The translations under genes and the position numbers were made by a program. A stretch of DNA of 64,000 nucleotides from Pseudomonas phage SM1. This document shows, in pieces, positions 26,855-36,524 of this stretch (its first letter is position 1; every line of letters begins with the position of its first letter). Location of the stretch: sequence record NC_041877.1, one strand, 5' to 3'. The notes under the pieces were generated by a model. That model was not told the DNA's origin, did not search any database, and saw only the letters and a program-made list of their open reading frames with translations.

Positions 26855-28863
26855 TGGCTGATCAAGAGAATACTCAACCTACCCAAAGGGAAGGGTTGTG
26901 TGGGCCTACGATAGTAGCCTATTTGCTCGTTAGACCGGATGGAAGCCTGTCGATGGATGCAGTCAGGCACAAGCCGAAACAACCCGCCGTTGCAGTTATG
27001 GCCGTAGATGAGCACGCTGCTAGTGTTGCCAGATGGGCAGAAATGTTCAATCGTGCTATTGAAGGGCATGGGCATGTTTTTCCGCGTGCGGATGGAGTAA
27101 AGATGCGGTGCGGCGGCCCTGGGCTCTGCTCGAAATGCACTGCCGACGCTTCTCTCGTCCATCCGTGCCCGGCACATCCTGCGGTAGAGCAGGCAGGCGG
27201 AGATGCGCGCAAACTGTCAGACCTCGGTAACGAATTGCACAACCTTTCGTGCTCGATCATTCACGAAAACGAGGAATGGGCTGAACAGATCGGCGGCATT
27301 GCCCGCGAGCTTTGGAATTGGCCACAAGCCCGCGCTGCCCTGGCGCACGACGAACAAGAACAGGCAGCACATGAACTCAGGCTGCTGGCAAACGCACTTG
27401 GCGAGTGCATTCAGGCGGCTGGCATTACTGCGCCCGGAGTGCCATTGACTGGGCCGCAGCTTCTCATGTTCGCCGAAGACCTGAAGCGCGATCTGCAACG
27501 CTCCTCCCTAGCGCAACCCTCCCCGAAGTGCGCGACCTGCAACGGCTCGAAAGTCGTTTCCACGACGGACACCGATCACAACGGCGACTACATCGAAGCG
27601 CCCTGTCCGAAGTGCTGCGGCACTGGCGAAGCAGATTCCGGTGGCGCCCACCCATGGGGAGAGCCGGTCTTGATCCCCTGTGACTGCGAGACAGAGCAGG
27701 CAGAGCCGGAACTGGAGCCGCATATACCTGCACAGAACATCGCTGAGGCCGCAATAGAGCAGTTGATTAAGTCTGGCGCCAAACACTATCAGGAATTCCA
27801 TTTCGACCTCCACCTTGATGGTCAGGAAGGGGCACGCCCTGTTGTCGTGACAGTAGCGTTTTCTGATGGGCCGTCTGCGCACGAACTACGCATGAAAGCA
27901 GAGCAAGAGCGCGACGCCGCTCTGGCCGAAGTCGAGCGCCTGAGTGAGTCAAAAGGTGACCCTGTTGGCAGCCTCGAAAAGTGCATGAAAGTGATGTACG
28001 AGCGCGACGAAAACGCTAAGCGGCTGGAAGCCGCCCTGGCCAGGGTGGCGGAGTTGGAAGGGAAGTTGACGGACTGGGTGCACGAAGGGTTCCGGCTCAA
28101 CGAGGCGCTAGCGGTCGCCAAGGCTCAGCACAGCGTGCCGGATGACGACATGATCTTGCAGATTTTTGCCGATAATGCTGAGCACTCGGAGCAAGGCGAC
28201 GAGCATGGTTACTGTATCGTGCGCGAACAGCATGCTCAAGCAATTGCGCGAAAACTGCTCGCCGCCGCGCCCGGCAACTCGGCTCAGCACAGCGTACCGG
28301 AGGGCTGGAAGCTGGTTCCGATTGAGCCGCTTCTCAACATGATGAGCGACAAGGACCACGACACCCGAATTACGGCTGAGCGCCAACTGCTTTCGATACT
28401 CGCCGACGCGCCCGCCCAGGCTCAGCACAGCGCGCCGGAAGTGTCAGGGATCGGACGCGACACTGGTCATCCGCGCGCGGTCGTTCTGTACCTACGCAAG
28501 GAGCCGACCGACGATGATCTGCGAGCCATCCATGATGCTCTGCGCTCTCTCGCCGCCGCGCCCGGCAAGGAAGTGCCACAGGCATGGCTCGACGTGCAGG
28601 CAGAGCGCCGCCGGCAGATCACCGCCGAGGGATGGACGCCGGAGCACGACGACCTCTATTGCGCCGCCGAACTTCCGCGCGCCGCAGCGGCATACATCCT
28701 CAACGGAGCCAATGACGAGGCGCCGGCTATCTGGCCGTTCTCGGCGAAGTGGTGGAAACCCCGCGACGCGCGTGCCAACTACGTGCGGGCAGCCGCCCTG
28801 ATCCTGGCCGAGATCGAGCGACTGGACCGCGCCGCGCCCGGTAAGGATGTAGGCCATGAGTAA
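26854..28863 (+). CDS. large hypothetical protein with a DnaJ-type CxxCxGxG zinc-finger-like motif and internal AQHSVP/AAPG repeats
   Basis: GTG start abutting the previous stop; CATCNGSKVV...CPKCCGTGE; three copies of GCTCAGCACAGCG(T)(G/A)CCGGA at about 150-bp spacing (28124, 28272, 28423). Confidence 0.5.
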   Translation: MADQENTQPTQREGLCGPTIVAYLLVRPDGSLSMDAVRHKPKQPAVAVMAVDEHAASVARWAEMFNRAIEGHGHVFPRADGVKMRCGGPGLCSKCTADASLVHPCPAHPAVEQAGGDARKLSDLGNELHNLSCSIIHENEEWAEQIGGIARELWNWPQARAALAHDEQEQAAHELRLLANALGECIQAAGITAPGVPLTGPQLLMFAEDLKRDLQRSSLAQPSPKCATCNGSKVVSTTDTDHNGDYIEAPCPKCCGTGEADSGGAHPWGEPVLIPCDCETEQAEPELEPHIPAQNIAEAAIEQLIKSGAKHYQEFHFDLHLDGQEGARPVVVTVAFSDGPSAHELRMKAEQERDAALAEVERLSESKGDPVGSLEKCMKVMYERDENAKRLEAALARVAELEGKLTDWVHEGFRLNEALAVAKAQHSVPDDDMILQIFADNAEHSEQGDEHGYCIVREQHAQAIARKLLAAAPGNSAQHSVPEGWKLVPIEPLLNMMSDKDHDTRITAERQLLSILADAPAQAQHSAPEVSGIGRDTGHPRAVVLYLRKEPTDDDLRAIHDALRSLAAAPGKEVPQAWLDVQAERRRQITAEGWTPEHDDLYCAAELPRAAAAYILNGANDEAPAIWPFSAKWWKPRDARANYVRAAALILAEIERLDRAAPGKDVGHE

Positions 28864-29179
28864 AGTGAAGCGATTCTACGCCCCTGGCCTGGATTGCCTT
28901 TACCGCAGCGATGCAGACGCACCCCGGCAACTGATTGCTCTGGTTCTGGGGTCGGATTACGACGCACTCGCCGCCAAGCTGGCCATGGCCGAGGACGCAG
29001 CAGCAAAGGGAGATGCTGCTCGCCAGCAATGCGGCGGAATGGGGATGGAGATCGAGGAACTTCGCGCTGAACTAGCGGAACTGCGCGCAAGGGTGGTGGT
29101 TTTGCCGGAGCCGTTGAACGAAGGCGATGCTCGACGAGAATGCGGGGGAGTACGGAGCGGCCATGCAGCGTGGATATAA
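28856..29179 (+). CDS. hypothetical protein
   Basis: ATG 28856 overlaps the upstream stop; 107-aa ORF. Confidence 0.4.
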   Translation: MSKVKRFYAPGLDCLYRSDADAPRQLIALVLGSDYDALAAKLAMAEDAAAKGDAARQQCGGMGMEIEELRAELAELRARVVVLPEPLNEGDARRECGGVRSGHAAWI

Positions 29180-29354
29180 CGCATGCCTGCGCGAACTGGC
29201 GCGCATCAACGGTATGACGGTCAGCGAAGGACTACTGCGACGTACTTTGGAGTTCGTCAAGGTTACCAATTGCAAGGGCTCTATCCCGCTCGGACTGATC
29301 GAAGAGTTGAGCGAGCTGCTCGGTGAGGTGAATGATGTCAGCCGTACTAAGTGA
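29163..29354 (+). CDS. hypothetical small protein
   Basis: GGAGCGGCC then ATG; 63 aa; overlaps neighbours at both ends. Confidence 0.3.
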   Translation: MQRGYNACLRELARINGMTVSEGLLRRTLEFVKVTNCKGSIPLGLIEELSELLGEVNDVSRTK

Positions 29355-29847
29355 ATGTGGTTTGTACCGCTACCGGCTAGAACGGAGTGTAAACCTTGGC
29401 CGCCCATTTGAGCCTAGGTCAGTCGCCTTCATAGGGGTCAATCCCTCTACTGCCGATGCTGTATCAGATGACCCTACTATCCGGAAGATGGTCGGCTTCG
29501 CCCGGCAATGGGGCTATAGCCGTATCCTTGTCGGTAATCTGTTTGCTTACCGCGCGGCAGATGTGCGGGAGTTGCGTCGAGTCTATCTCGATCCGTTCGG
29601 GGCCGGAACTCTGTTCGAAACCGAGTCTGTCTATCTGCTTGATATTTTGCAAGAAGCGGAGCTGTTGGTACCTTGCTGGGGTGATCGTAAAAAGCTTCCC
29701 AGGGTGTTGCGTGAGCGTGTTATTGACGTTCTCAGCATGCTGCGCCAGCAGCTTAAGCCTGTTTGCCATCTTGGCTTGACCGCTGGGGGAGACCCCAAAC
29801 ACCCGCTCTATCTACCATACTCTACGGAGCTACAGCTATGGGAGTGA
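29332..29847 (+). CDS. DUF1643-like protein (family I recall as belonging to the UDG-fold clan)
   Basis: YRYRLER...IGVNPSTADAVSDDPTIRKMVGFARQWGYSRILVGNLFAYRA matches the DUF1643 signature (G.NPSTAD ... DPT.RR..GFA ... NLFA.RAT). Confidence 0.45.
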   Translation: MMSAVLSECGLYRYRLERSVNLGRPFEPRSVAFIGVNPSTADAVSDDPTIRKMVGFARQWGYSRILVGNLFAYRAADVRELRRVYLDPFGAGTLFETESVYLLDILQEAELLVPCWGDRKKLPRVLRERVIDVLSMLRQQLKPVCHLGLTAGGDPKHPLYLPYSTELQLWE

Positions 29848-30263
29848 TAAAGAAAATAGTCGGTAAGGTTACAATCGCACGTAACTCCAATGGCCGTATG
29901 AGCATTCAAGTAGTCGATAGCGCGTCTAAGCTTCAAGTGATCGATATAGACATGGACTTGACTTTGTTCGCTATGGCCCTTACGGGCATTGCCCGCCAAG
30001 AGGCAGAATGTGAAGTCAACATCGATCCGGACATTGGCCAGCTTCTGGTTCGGGAACCGCGCAGCGTGGTAGTGCCCGGTAGTGTACCTACTGAGCAGCG
30101 GGAAAAATACTTGTTGGAGCATTGTAAAGAGGATGGCTGGCGTGTAGACCCGTATCTGCGTTCTCAGAACTCTGTACAGCACGTACCAGAGGGTGTGCGT
30201 TTGAACTACCACGTATACAAGTATGTGGATTCCGTTGCTTCTCGGAAAAGAATCAGGCGGTAG
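29838..30263 (+). CDS. hypothetical protein
   Basis: ATG 29838 overlaps the upstream stop by 10 nt; 141 aa. Confidence 0.45.
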   Translation: MGVIKKIVGKVTIARNSNGRMSIQVVDSASKLQVIDIDMDLTLFAMALTGIARQEAECEVNIDPDIGQLLVREPRSVVVPGSVPTEQREKYLLEHCKEDGWRVDPYLRSQNSVQHVPEGVRLNYHVYKYVDSVASRKRIRR

Positions 30264-30401
30264 TGCAAACGCTTGCACTAGGTCTGTGTAGCTATACGTA
30301 GTTTGCAATACAGCATAGTCTAGACCGTATCTAGAATCCGTCGTTGGACCCCAGCCGGGCGGGGCAAGGCCCGGCAACTATTACGAACCGAGGAAATAGA
30401 C

Positions 30402-30842
30402 ATGACTGTAAGCAAAAAGAAAGGGGTAGGCGCGAGTCTGGTCCGGTCGAACCTGAGCGAGGAGGAAGCGAAGGATGCTGCGGCTGCCTTACAAAATGTG
30501 GTCTTCGTCCCGTCAGGCGGACCGTACCTGCGCCATGGCCACCCCTACGCTCTTCGTTGCGATGAAGATGGCGATGGTACCTTTATTTACATTCGTGACG
30601 AAAAAGACGACAATGTAGACCTCCGGTGCGTGCCGGAATCCGGCGATATTCGGACCTACTGCGGTAAGTTCTATCTTCAAGAAGTCTGGGACGAGATAGA
30701 GCGAGAATCCGACCCGGATAAAAACGAACTGAGCCAGATGAGTTCCGACGAACTGATGGCTCTGTATAAGGACTGCGAGAAGCGTATGACCATTGCGAAA
30801 AACTTGCTTACTCGCCGTCTTTCCGGTATTTTATCGAAGTAG
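30402..30842 (+). CDS. hypothetical protein
   Basis: RBS GAGGAAATAGAC then ATG; followed by an intrinsic terminator. Confidence 0.5.
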   Translation: MTVSKKKGVGASLVRSNLSEEEAKDAAAALQNVVFVPSGGPYLRHGHPYALRCDEDGDGTFIYIRDEKDDNVDLRCVPESGDIRTYCGKFYLQEVWDEIERESDPDKNELSQMSSDELMALYKDCEKRMTIAKNLLTRRLSGILSK

Positions 30843-30856
30843 TTTGTTTTGACATA

Positions 30857-30883
30857 AAGCCCCGTTCGCTCGGGGCTTTTTTA
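30857..30883 (+). terminator. rho-independent terminator
   Basis: AAGCCCCG-TTCGCT-CGGGGCTT stem followed by TTTTTTAT. Confidence 0.7.
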
Positions 30884-30933
30884 TGCCTGGGATTTGAGCT
30901 ACTGTATGGACCATTTACAGGAGGAGATACGTT

Positions 30934-31254
30934 ATGAATGGCCCAACGATGTGCCACACCCGTGGCGATAGCTTTGTTGTACAGGGCCGGGTGAGCCAGG
31001 ATGGAATTCCAGTAGATATCACGGACTGGGTTATTCGTTCCCAAGTCCGCAATGGTAGTGAAGTGGTTGCGGAGCTGGTTATCTCGATGACGGATGCGAC
31101 CAAAGGTCTGTATCGAGCGGAGGCTTTGGATACCACGAACTGGCCGTTGGTCACATTGGATATCGACATCCACTATGCCATGCCCGGAGGCTACAAGTAC
31201 ACCACGCCGACCGGGAAGGTGGCTGTAAAGCCGGGGGGTTATTATGCCCCTTGA
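30934..31254 (+). CDS. hypothetical protein, possible virion or tail-associated beta-sandwich protein
   Basis: RBS CAGGAGGAGATACGTT then ATG; first gene of the tail-fibre block. Confidence 0.45.
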   Translation: MNGPTMCHTRGDSFVVQGRVSQDGIPVDITDWVIRSQVRNGSEVVAELVISMTDATKGLYRAEALDTTNWPLVTLDIDIHYAMPGGYKYTTPTGKVAVKPGGYYAP

Positions 31255-31534
31255 GATGACGCTCATACCGGTGATGCGGTACGAAACAGCTTGGACACTG
31301 GGAGATGGGGCGGTGGTCCAATTTGGTCCGGCCCTAGAGCCGATGATCCTGCTGACTGAGGTATCTGTAGGCCCTCCTGGGCCGCCGGGCAAGGACGGAA
31401 ATATAGACAATTTGGAGGCGGCGATAAGCACAGACCCTGGGAACAATCTGGCGCTGGGCTCCGATAGTAAGTTGTACACTCCGGACGACATAGCGTCCGA
31501 TCCACTCGCATATTACATACTCGCAAAGGGGTAA
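31244..31534 (+). CDS. hypothetical protein with collagen-like GPPGPPGKDG triplets (tail-fibre-associated)
   Basis: GPPGPPGKDGNID motif; lies directly upstream of the tail-fibre genes. Confidence 0.4.
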   Translation: MPLEMTLIPVMRYETAWTLGDGAVVQFGPALEPMILLTEVSVGPPGPPGKDGNIDNLEAAISTDPGNNLALGSDSKLYTPDDIASDPLAYYILAKG

Positions 31535-31538
31535 TGCC

Positions 31539-32222
31539 ATGAGTCTCGAAACTAAACTCAATCAGCTCGCTACGGCAGTCGGTACCGATGTCAAAGGTAT
31601 TTTAGTGTCTATTGGCAATCTGGCAGACCTGGGCATCACTCCCACTCCTGCTAGTTTGGTCGCCGCTCTACTCCTGTATAAAGCTGATATCGATGGCAAC
31701 ACGAACAGCATAGGCGACCTCAGTGCCCTGACCACGACGGCTAAGAGCAACCTCGTAGCCGCGATCAACGAAGTAAAAAGTCTGATCGGGCAGTCTGGCG
31801 CGGTGATCGACGATAACGCTGGCATCGGCGACACGGACGTAACTTGGTCTGCCGACAAGTCAGCTACGGAACTCGCTGGTAAATTGGCCATCACCAGCAA
31901 AGCCACTGGCGACGACGTGATTGCAGGTACCGATGACGTTAAGTACACCACATCCAAAGCTGTCGCTGCGGGTATCGCCAAGGCAGTAGGTGATCTGGTA
32001 AATGGCGCGCCCGAGGTACTGGATACTCTGAAAGAGCTGGCTGACGCCCTCGGCAACGATCCTAACTACGCGGCCACTATCGCAGAGGCGTTGGGCAAGC
32101 GTGTACGGGTAGACGCAGCGCAGACTTTCACCACCGCCGAGAAGCTTCAAGGTTGTCAGAATCTGGGTGTTGGCGACCCAGAGCAGGACCTCGTAGCCGT
32201 ATATAATGCAGCTAAGGCGTAA
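31539..32222 (+). CDS. tail fibre protein (N-terminal conserved fibre domain)
   Basis: GAPEVLDTLKELADALGNDPNYAATIAEALGKRV is a widespread tail-fibre N-terminal motif; N-terminus paralogous to the next gene. Confidence 0.6.
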   Translation: MSLETKLNQLATAVGTDVKGILVSIGNLADLGITPTPASLVAALLLYKADIDGNTNSIGDLSALTTTAKSNLVAAINEVKSLIGQSGAVIDDNAGIGDTDVTWSADKSATELAGKLAITSKATGDDVIAGTDDVKYTTSKAVAAGIAKAVGDLVNGAPEVLDTLKELADALGNDPNYAATIAEALGKRVRVDAAQTFTTAEKLQGCQNLGVGDPEQDLVAVYNAAKA

Positions 32223-32227
32223 CAACT

Positions 32228-33958
32228 ATGAGCCTCGCACAACGTCTATCAGCACTAGCCCAGGCGATAGCTCAGGATGTAAAAAACATCATCCTTAACT
32301 ATCGTTTGAAGACCGATCTGTACGAGGAGAAGACTACTGCGGTAACAGTGGCACCTTCTACTTTCGACCAAGTTAAGCAGGCTCGATGGCTAAAGGCGAC
32401 CTGGGCGCCCTCTTCTGCCAGCAATGGAGGGGTAGTAGCTGCTGACTTCGTAGATATGATCTTCAACGGGGCTAACGGAAGCGTAACTGGGGGCGGCCAC
32501 TACGTTGGCCGCTTTACCTATTTGCAAGCGATTGGCGGCGGCGCGCTCGATCAAGGCTTTCTCGAAGAGCATCGAGTAGGCGTCCGCAACAGCACTACGG
32601 TAAACACGGTCATAGGACGTAAGTGGGTTATCGATAAGAACTCGGAAGCTAGCGGTACTATAGGCAAGTTGGCGTTGGAGGTATTCGACGACATGCGCGC
32701 CGATGTCAGTTACGTGCAGCGATTCACTCGCGAGTTCTTAGACCCGCGTATGGTTACGTTACATGCTGGCGGGGTAATACAGACTGGAGTCATCATAGGG
32801 GACGAAACTACAACAGTCTCCATTGCGGACTATTGGTCAGGTAAGTCTGTCTACCTCAATAGTGCCAGTAATCGAACTCTATCGGTACCTGCCTCGATCA
32901 CTGAAGGCTTCTCTTTGAAGCTGATCCAGGGATCGTTAGGTGGTAAATGGTCGATCACCGCTCCGGGCCGTACGATTCTGTCTAACACTGGAGCAACAGC
33001 CACTGTTAACGCCTACGATATAGTCACCTTGAAGGTCTACCCCGGAGGGATAGTGTGGCTAGAGTTCGAGGCTAATCCGGCCACCAGTTACGACACTTCC
33101 AAGGTCGTGCCGATTATTAATGGCGGTACTGGCGCTACGAGTGCCGCTGCCGCGCGGTCGAATCTATTCGATACCCGTTTGCAGAACTTCAGTTCGCTAT
33201 CGGGTGGCGTTGACCAACTCCCATATCAGACTGGGGCCAATACCTGGGCGCAGACCCCTCTCACCTCGGTAGGGCGGGGCGTTTTAGGTGGAAGTACAGT
33301 TGCTAACGTCCTTTCTTACCTTGGCGGCGTACCCAAAAGTCTAGCGTCTAACCGGACGGTCTCCGATCCGAATACTGTGCCGGATGAGTGTGGTTTTTAC
33401 AGCATAGGTTCGAGCCCGTGGTCTAACTTACCGGCGGGCGTAGACTCTCTGAACCCCATAGGTTCAATGCTGTATCACCATCCGTACGATGCAGCTACCG
33501 CAGTTCAAATGTTGGTGGTTCGTACATCTAACTTGATGTACTTCCGACGGCGCGCGGCTGGGTCGTGGCAGGCGTGGAACCGTGTTTTGTCGGATACTCA
33601 GCTACTCGGTATTGTCGCCCAGACTGGAGGCGTTCCTGTAGGTTCCGTGATAGAGCGTGGTAGTAACTCTAACGGCCAGTATGTTCGTTTTGCTGATGGG
33701 ACTCAGATTTGCATAATTAGCTTGCTAGGGGCGAATGACCGGACTGCTGGCGTAGGCTACACGCTCACGTTGCCTGTATCTTTCACTCCAGATTGGACCG
33801 TGGGGGTATCGGTGTCCTGGGTGTCGCACGCAACGAACCCGTCAACATACAACGGCACGCGTGTTGCTTATGCTAACGGTAACGCCTTGACGTTTATACT
33901 CTCTGAGAACCTGACAACTAACCGATTAATTTTTACCTGCATAGGAAGGTGGTTCTAA
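32228..33958 (+). CDS. tail fibre / receptor-binding protein
   Basis: 576 aa; N-terminus MSLAQRLSALAQAIAQDVKNI paralogous to the 31539 gene; Gly/Ser/Thr-rich beta-like composition. Confidence 0.55.
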   Translation: MSLAQRLSALAQAIAQDVKNIILNYRLKTDLYEEKTTAVTVAPSTFDQVKQARWLKATWAPSSASNGGVVAADFVDMIFNGANGSVTGGGHYVGRFTYLQAIGGGALDQGFLEEHRVGVRNSTTVNTVIGRKWVIDKNSEASGTIGKLALEVFDDMRADVSYVQRFTREFLDPRMVTLHAGGVIQTGVIIGDETTTVSIADYWSGKSVYLNSASNRTLSVPASITEGFSLKLIQGSLGGKWSITAPGRTILSNTGATATVNAYDIVTLKVYPGGIVWLEFEANPATSYDTSKVVPIINGGTGATSAAAARSNLFDTRLQNFSSLSGGVDQLPYQTGANTWAQTPLTSVGRGVLGGSTVANVLSYLGGVPKSLASNRTVSDPNTVPDECGFYSIGSSPWSNLPAGVDSLNPIGSMLYHHPYDAATAVQMLVVRTSNLMYFRRRAAGSWQAWNRVLSDTQLLGIVAQTGGVPVGSVIERGSNSNGQYVRFADGTQICIISLLGANDRTAGVGYTLTLPVSFTPDWTVGVSVSWVSHATNPSTYNGTRVAYANGNALTFILSENLTTNRLIFTCIGRWF

Positions 33959-34260
33959 TGTACATAAAACTATCCCCGTACGTAGTGATCCCTGGCGACA
34001 GCACGGATATGGAGGTTTCCGTATCTGGCGATTTGATCGCCATCAACGGTACCGACTTCGACTTTTCGCCGTTGCCGGAGGGTGCAGAGCTGCCAGCCGT
34101 AGCTACAGGCTCGGACTACTTTGAGGGCTCTATTACCCGCGTTGATGGGGAAATCCGCTTGACCTTGAAGTTGCCTATCTCCTCGGACGCAAGCGAAGAG
34201 GCGCGATTCCCGGCGCCGATTCACGTAACGTGGAGCGGTCCAGTGGAGTTGCCGAAATGA
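33949..34260 (+). CDS. hypothetical protein (possible tail-fibre assembly or accessory protein)
   Basis: 103-aa ORF overlapping the tail-fibre 3' end. Confidence 0.4.
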   Translation: MVLMYIKLSPYVVIPGDSTDMEVSVSGDLIAINGTDFDFSPLPEGAELPAVATGSDYFEGSITRVDGEIRLTLKLPISSDASEEARFPAPIHVTWSGPVELPK

Positions 34261-34472
34261 CTATCGATTGGGGTCATTTGAAAACTCCCGAGGAACTGTT
34301 GGAGGAGAAGCGACAGCTTGTCAGGCAGCAGCGGAGAGAAGCCTACGGCATAGAATCACTCCCGCTGTATATGGAGGCCCAGTACGAAGCGGCCAAGACG
34401 GGACAACCTGCTGACCTAACCGAATGGGTAGCTAAGGTTGACGAAATCGTAGCGCGCTATCCGATGCCGTAG
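34257..34472 (+). CDS. hypothetical small protein
   Basis: ATGA overlap with the upstream gene; 71 aa. Confidence 0.4.
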   Translation: MTIDWGHLKTPEELLEEKRQLVRQQRREAYGIESLPLYMEAQYEAAKTGQPADLTEWVAKVDEIVARYPMP

Positions 34473-34486
34473 AGGTAGAAAGGAAA

Positions 34487-34590
34487 TCCTGTGTGGGCAT
34501 GGACGCTCCCCTACTAAATCCTGTGTGGGCATACGCCTTCCCCTACTGTCCAGATTCTGTGTGGGCATACGGGCTCCCCTACTACACCCC
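34487..34590 (+). repeat. three tandem 32-36-bp repeats (TCCTGTGTGGGCAT...TCCCCTACT)
   Basis: CTGTGTGGGCAT at 34489, 34521 and 34557, each followed by a CCCCTACT half; the CTGTGTGGGCAT core also occurs at 42811 and 43904. Confidence 0.8.
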
Positions 34591-34838
34591 AGTGCAGTTT
34601 TGTGCTTATTCGCCGGCGTCAGTGTTCGATTACTGGCAGCTCCCGCTGGCCGCTGGGTGGTCTCCTTCTGGTTACTGGTGTTGAGCTGGTGAACTCTTCT
34701 TGTGCTACCCCACTGACTGTCAGATTTAGCTTTCTGGTAGTAGGCCTCTGGTATTCGCTCGCTGTAGCAGCACACAATCCCATATCGCGTATAATGCAAG
34801 CGTTTGCACTAATTCAGTCACCCAGAGGGGATGCTTAG

Positions 34839-35105
34839 GTGAAACTTACAGAACAAGATATCCGCAAAGCATTGGGGCTCCCGGAACCTAAGAAAGCCAA
34901 AAAGGCTGCGCAGAGCCGACCCCATAAAGGTCCGACTATAGTAGTAGTATTAAATGTCCGCCGACCGAATTCCTGGCCGCCGGAGCGAAAACTTTATCGC
35001 ATGCCTACTATATTCGAAACGCAAGCTATCGTAGCGGCGCACCAGCAAGCCCGCGCGGAAGGTTATATAGTTCATGCGCACCTCGACACGTACATAGAGG
35101 ATTGA
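34839..35105 (+). CDS. hypothetical small basic protein
   Basis: GTG start 7 nt after the conserved TCACCCAGAGGGGA leader motif. Confidence 0.45.
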   Translation: MKLTEQDIRKALGLPEPKKAKKAAQSRPHKGPTIVVVLNVRRPNSWPPERKLYRMPTIFETQAIVAAHQQARAEGYIVHAHLDTYIED

Positions 35106-35179
35106 TCTCTGTCTATTGTCGAACTAATTAGACGGCTCCATAATGGGGCCATATACCTACAGTACCCAGAGGGGCTAGC

Positions 35180-35824
35180 ATGAAAACGAAAACTGAAATT
35201 GCATCGATGGTACGGGAAGGGTTGACGAGCCTTTCTGAGAAAGCACTCGCTGAACTTACCCGTCTTGAGAAAAATAATGGTGAAACCTTCAAACGCCTGA
35301 TGCAACGGCAGGAGAAAGTAGGCGCCGCTGAAGCTGCCGCCGAGTTGCTGCTAGCTATCGCGATTAGCGCGGCTGCGGAGTTTCGGCCAACTAATGTCCA
35401 GCTCACTGCTAAGCCTGGAAATTGCCTATCGTCAGCGTCTGCGCAAAGATCGCGTGAATCCGCCGGGCAGGTTTTAGATTTTCTTTGGCGACTCGAAAAT
35501 GAACCAACGGTAGATACCTCATACTCGCTGGTATACCTCGGTACCTGCCTGCCGGACTATTTTCTAGGTTTTGGCGGGCATGTGTTCGCCGTTCCGCTCT
35601 CGGCCCGGCCACGCAAGCGCGACGTTAAAACCGGGCTGCTATCGAGTATTAACGTCGAAGAAATTTACGACGAGAGTGGCGAACCCGTCGGTGAAAGTGC
35701 GTACCTAGGTCTGGCTCAAGCAGTAGAAGAACTGTTTGCTGGAGAAAACATGATGGAGTCTTGGATGCGCTCTATTGTGGACCTGAGCGAGAGCTACGCT
35801 TATTTCGGTGTTGTCCGGGTTTGA
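35180..35824 (+). CDS. hypothetical protein
   Basis: ATG preceded by TACCCAGAGGGG leader motif. Confidence 0.5.
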   Translation: MKTKTEIASMVREGLTSLSEKALAELTRLEKNNGETFKRLMQRQEKVGAAEAAAELLLAIAISAAAEFRPTNVQLTAKPGNCLSSASAQRSRESAGQVLDFLWRLENEPTVDTSYSLVYLGTCLPDYFLGFGGHVFAVPLSARPRKRDVKTGLLSSINVEEIYDESGEPVGESAYLGLAQAVEELFAGENMMESWMRSIVDLSESYAYFGVVRV

Positions 35825-35893
35825 TCATTATACTCTAACTCGCCAGTTCGACGCTGACTGTTATTCAATATTCGTTACCCAGAGGGAACAATC

Positions 35894-36469
35894 ATGGAAA
35901 AGCTTAAAATTTCTGATCTAGAGTCCGGCGATATTACTCTGAAGATTCTGGCTTCCGTCGATACCGAACATAGGGATTATCTTCGTGTTCTTCATCGGCT
36001 CGGTTTGTTCCGGTTACGTACGGAGGCCGACTCTAGTTGTAGTTTCGAGGACTTGTGTGGCGACTCTTATAACCCTGAAGTAGTCACTGATATTGACGCG
36101 GATGAGCTTAAAAAACAGAAAGAAAAATTCCGTAGGGAAGTAAAGGCCTCTGGAGTCTGGGGCGTGATTTTGGAGGCTCGGCCCAGCTCCTCTGTTCCCT
36201 GGGAGGATGCTGAGCACGTTGATTCCATATGGGGTTTTGTTGGTACTAGCTTCCAGGGATCAGGCTATGATAGGGATATGTTGGCGCTAGCCTATGAGTG
36301 GTTGGCCCAACATAGCACCGACGAAATCCATAATCTGTATGTCCAGTGCCTGTATAGCCAAGCGGTTCTCGCTGAACTTTCGGATCGTCTACCGGTTGAG
36401 GAGTGCGCCATACTGAAGGATATACAAGCGCGTCTTTCGGTTGCCGTGCGCAAGCTAACTAATCCGTAA
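35894..36469 (+). CDS. hypothetical protein
   Basis: ATG preceded by TACCCAGAGGGAA leader motif. Confidence 0.5.
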   Translation: MEKLKISDLESGDITLKILASVDTEHRDYLRVLHRLGLFRLRTEADSSCSFEDLCGDSYNPEVVTDIDADELKKQKEKFRREVKASGVWGVILEARPSSSVPWEDAEHVDSIWGFVGTSFQGSGYDRDMLALAYEWLAQHSTDEIHNLYVQCLYSQAVLAELSDRLPVEECAILKDIQARLSVAVRKLTNP

Positions 36470-36524
36470 CTGGCCGGCGTGCAAACGCTTGCACGCCTAC
36501 GTGTCCTGAAAAAGGGGTTTAGTA

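Noticed and set aside
34487-34590. CRISPR array (three tandem ~34-bp units)
   Set aside because: There are only three units. The conserved parts are two short half-motifs rather than a 25-40-bp repeat separated by unique spacers. No cas genes are present, and the same core recurs singly at 42811 and 43904.
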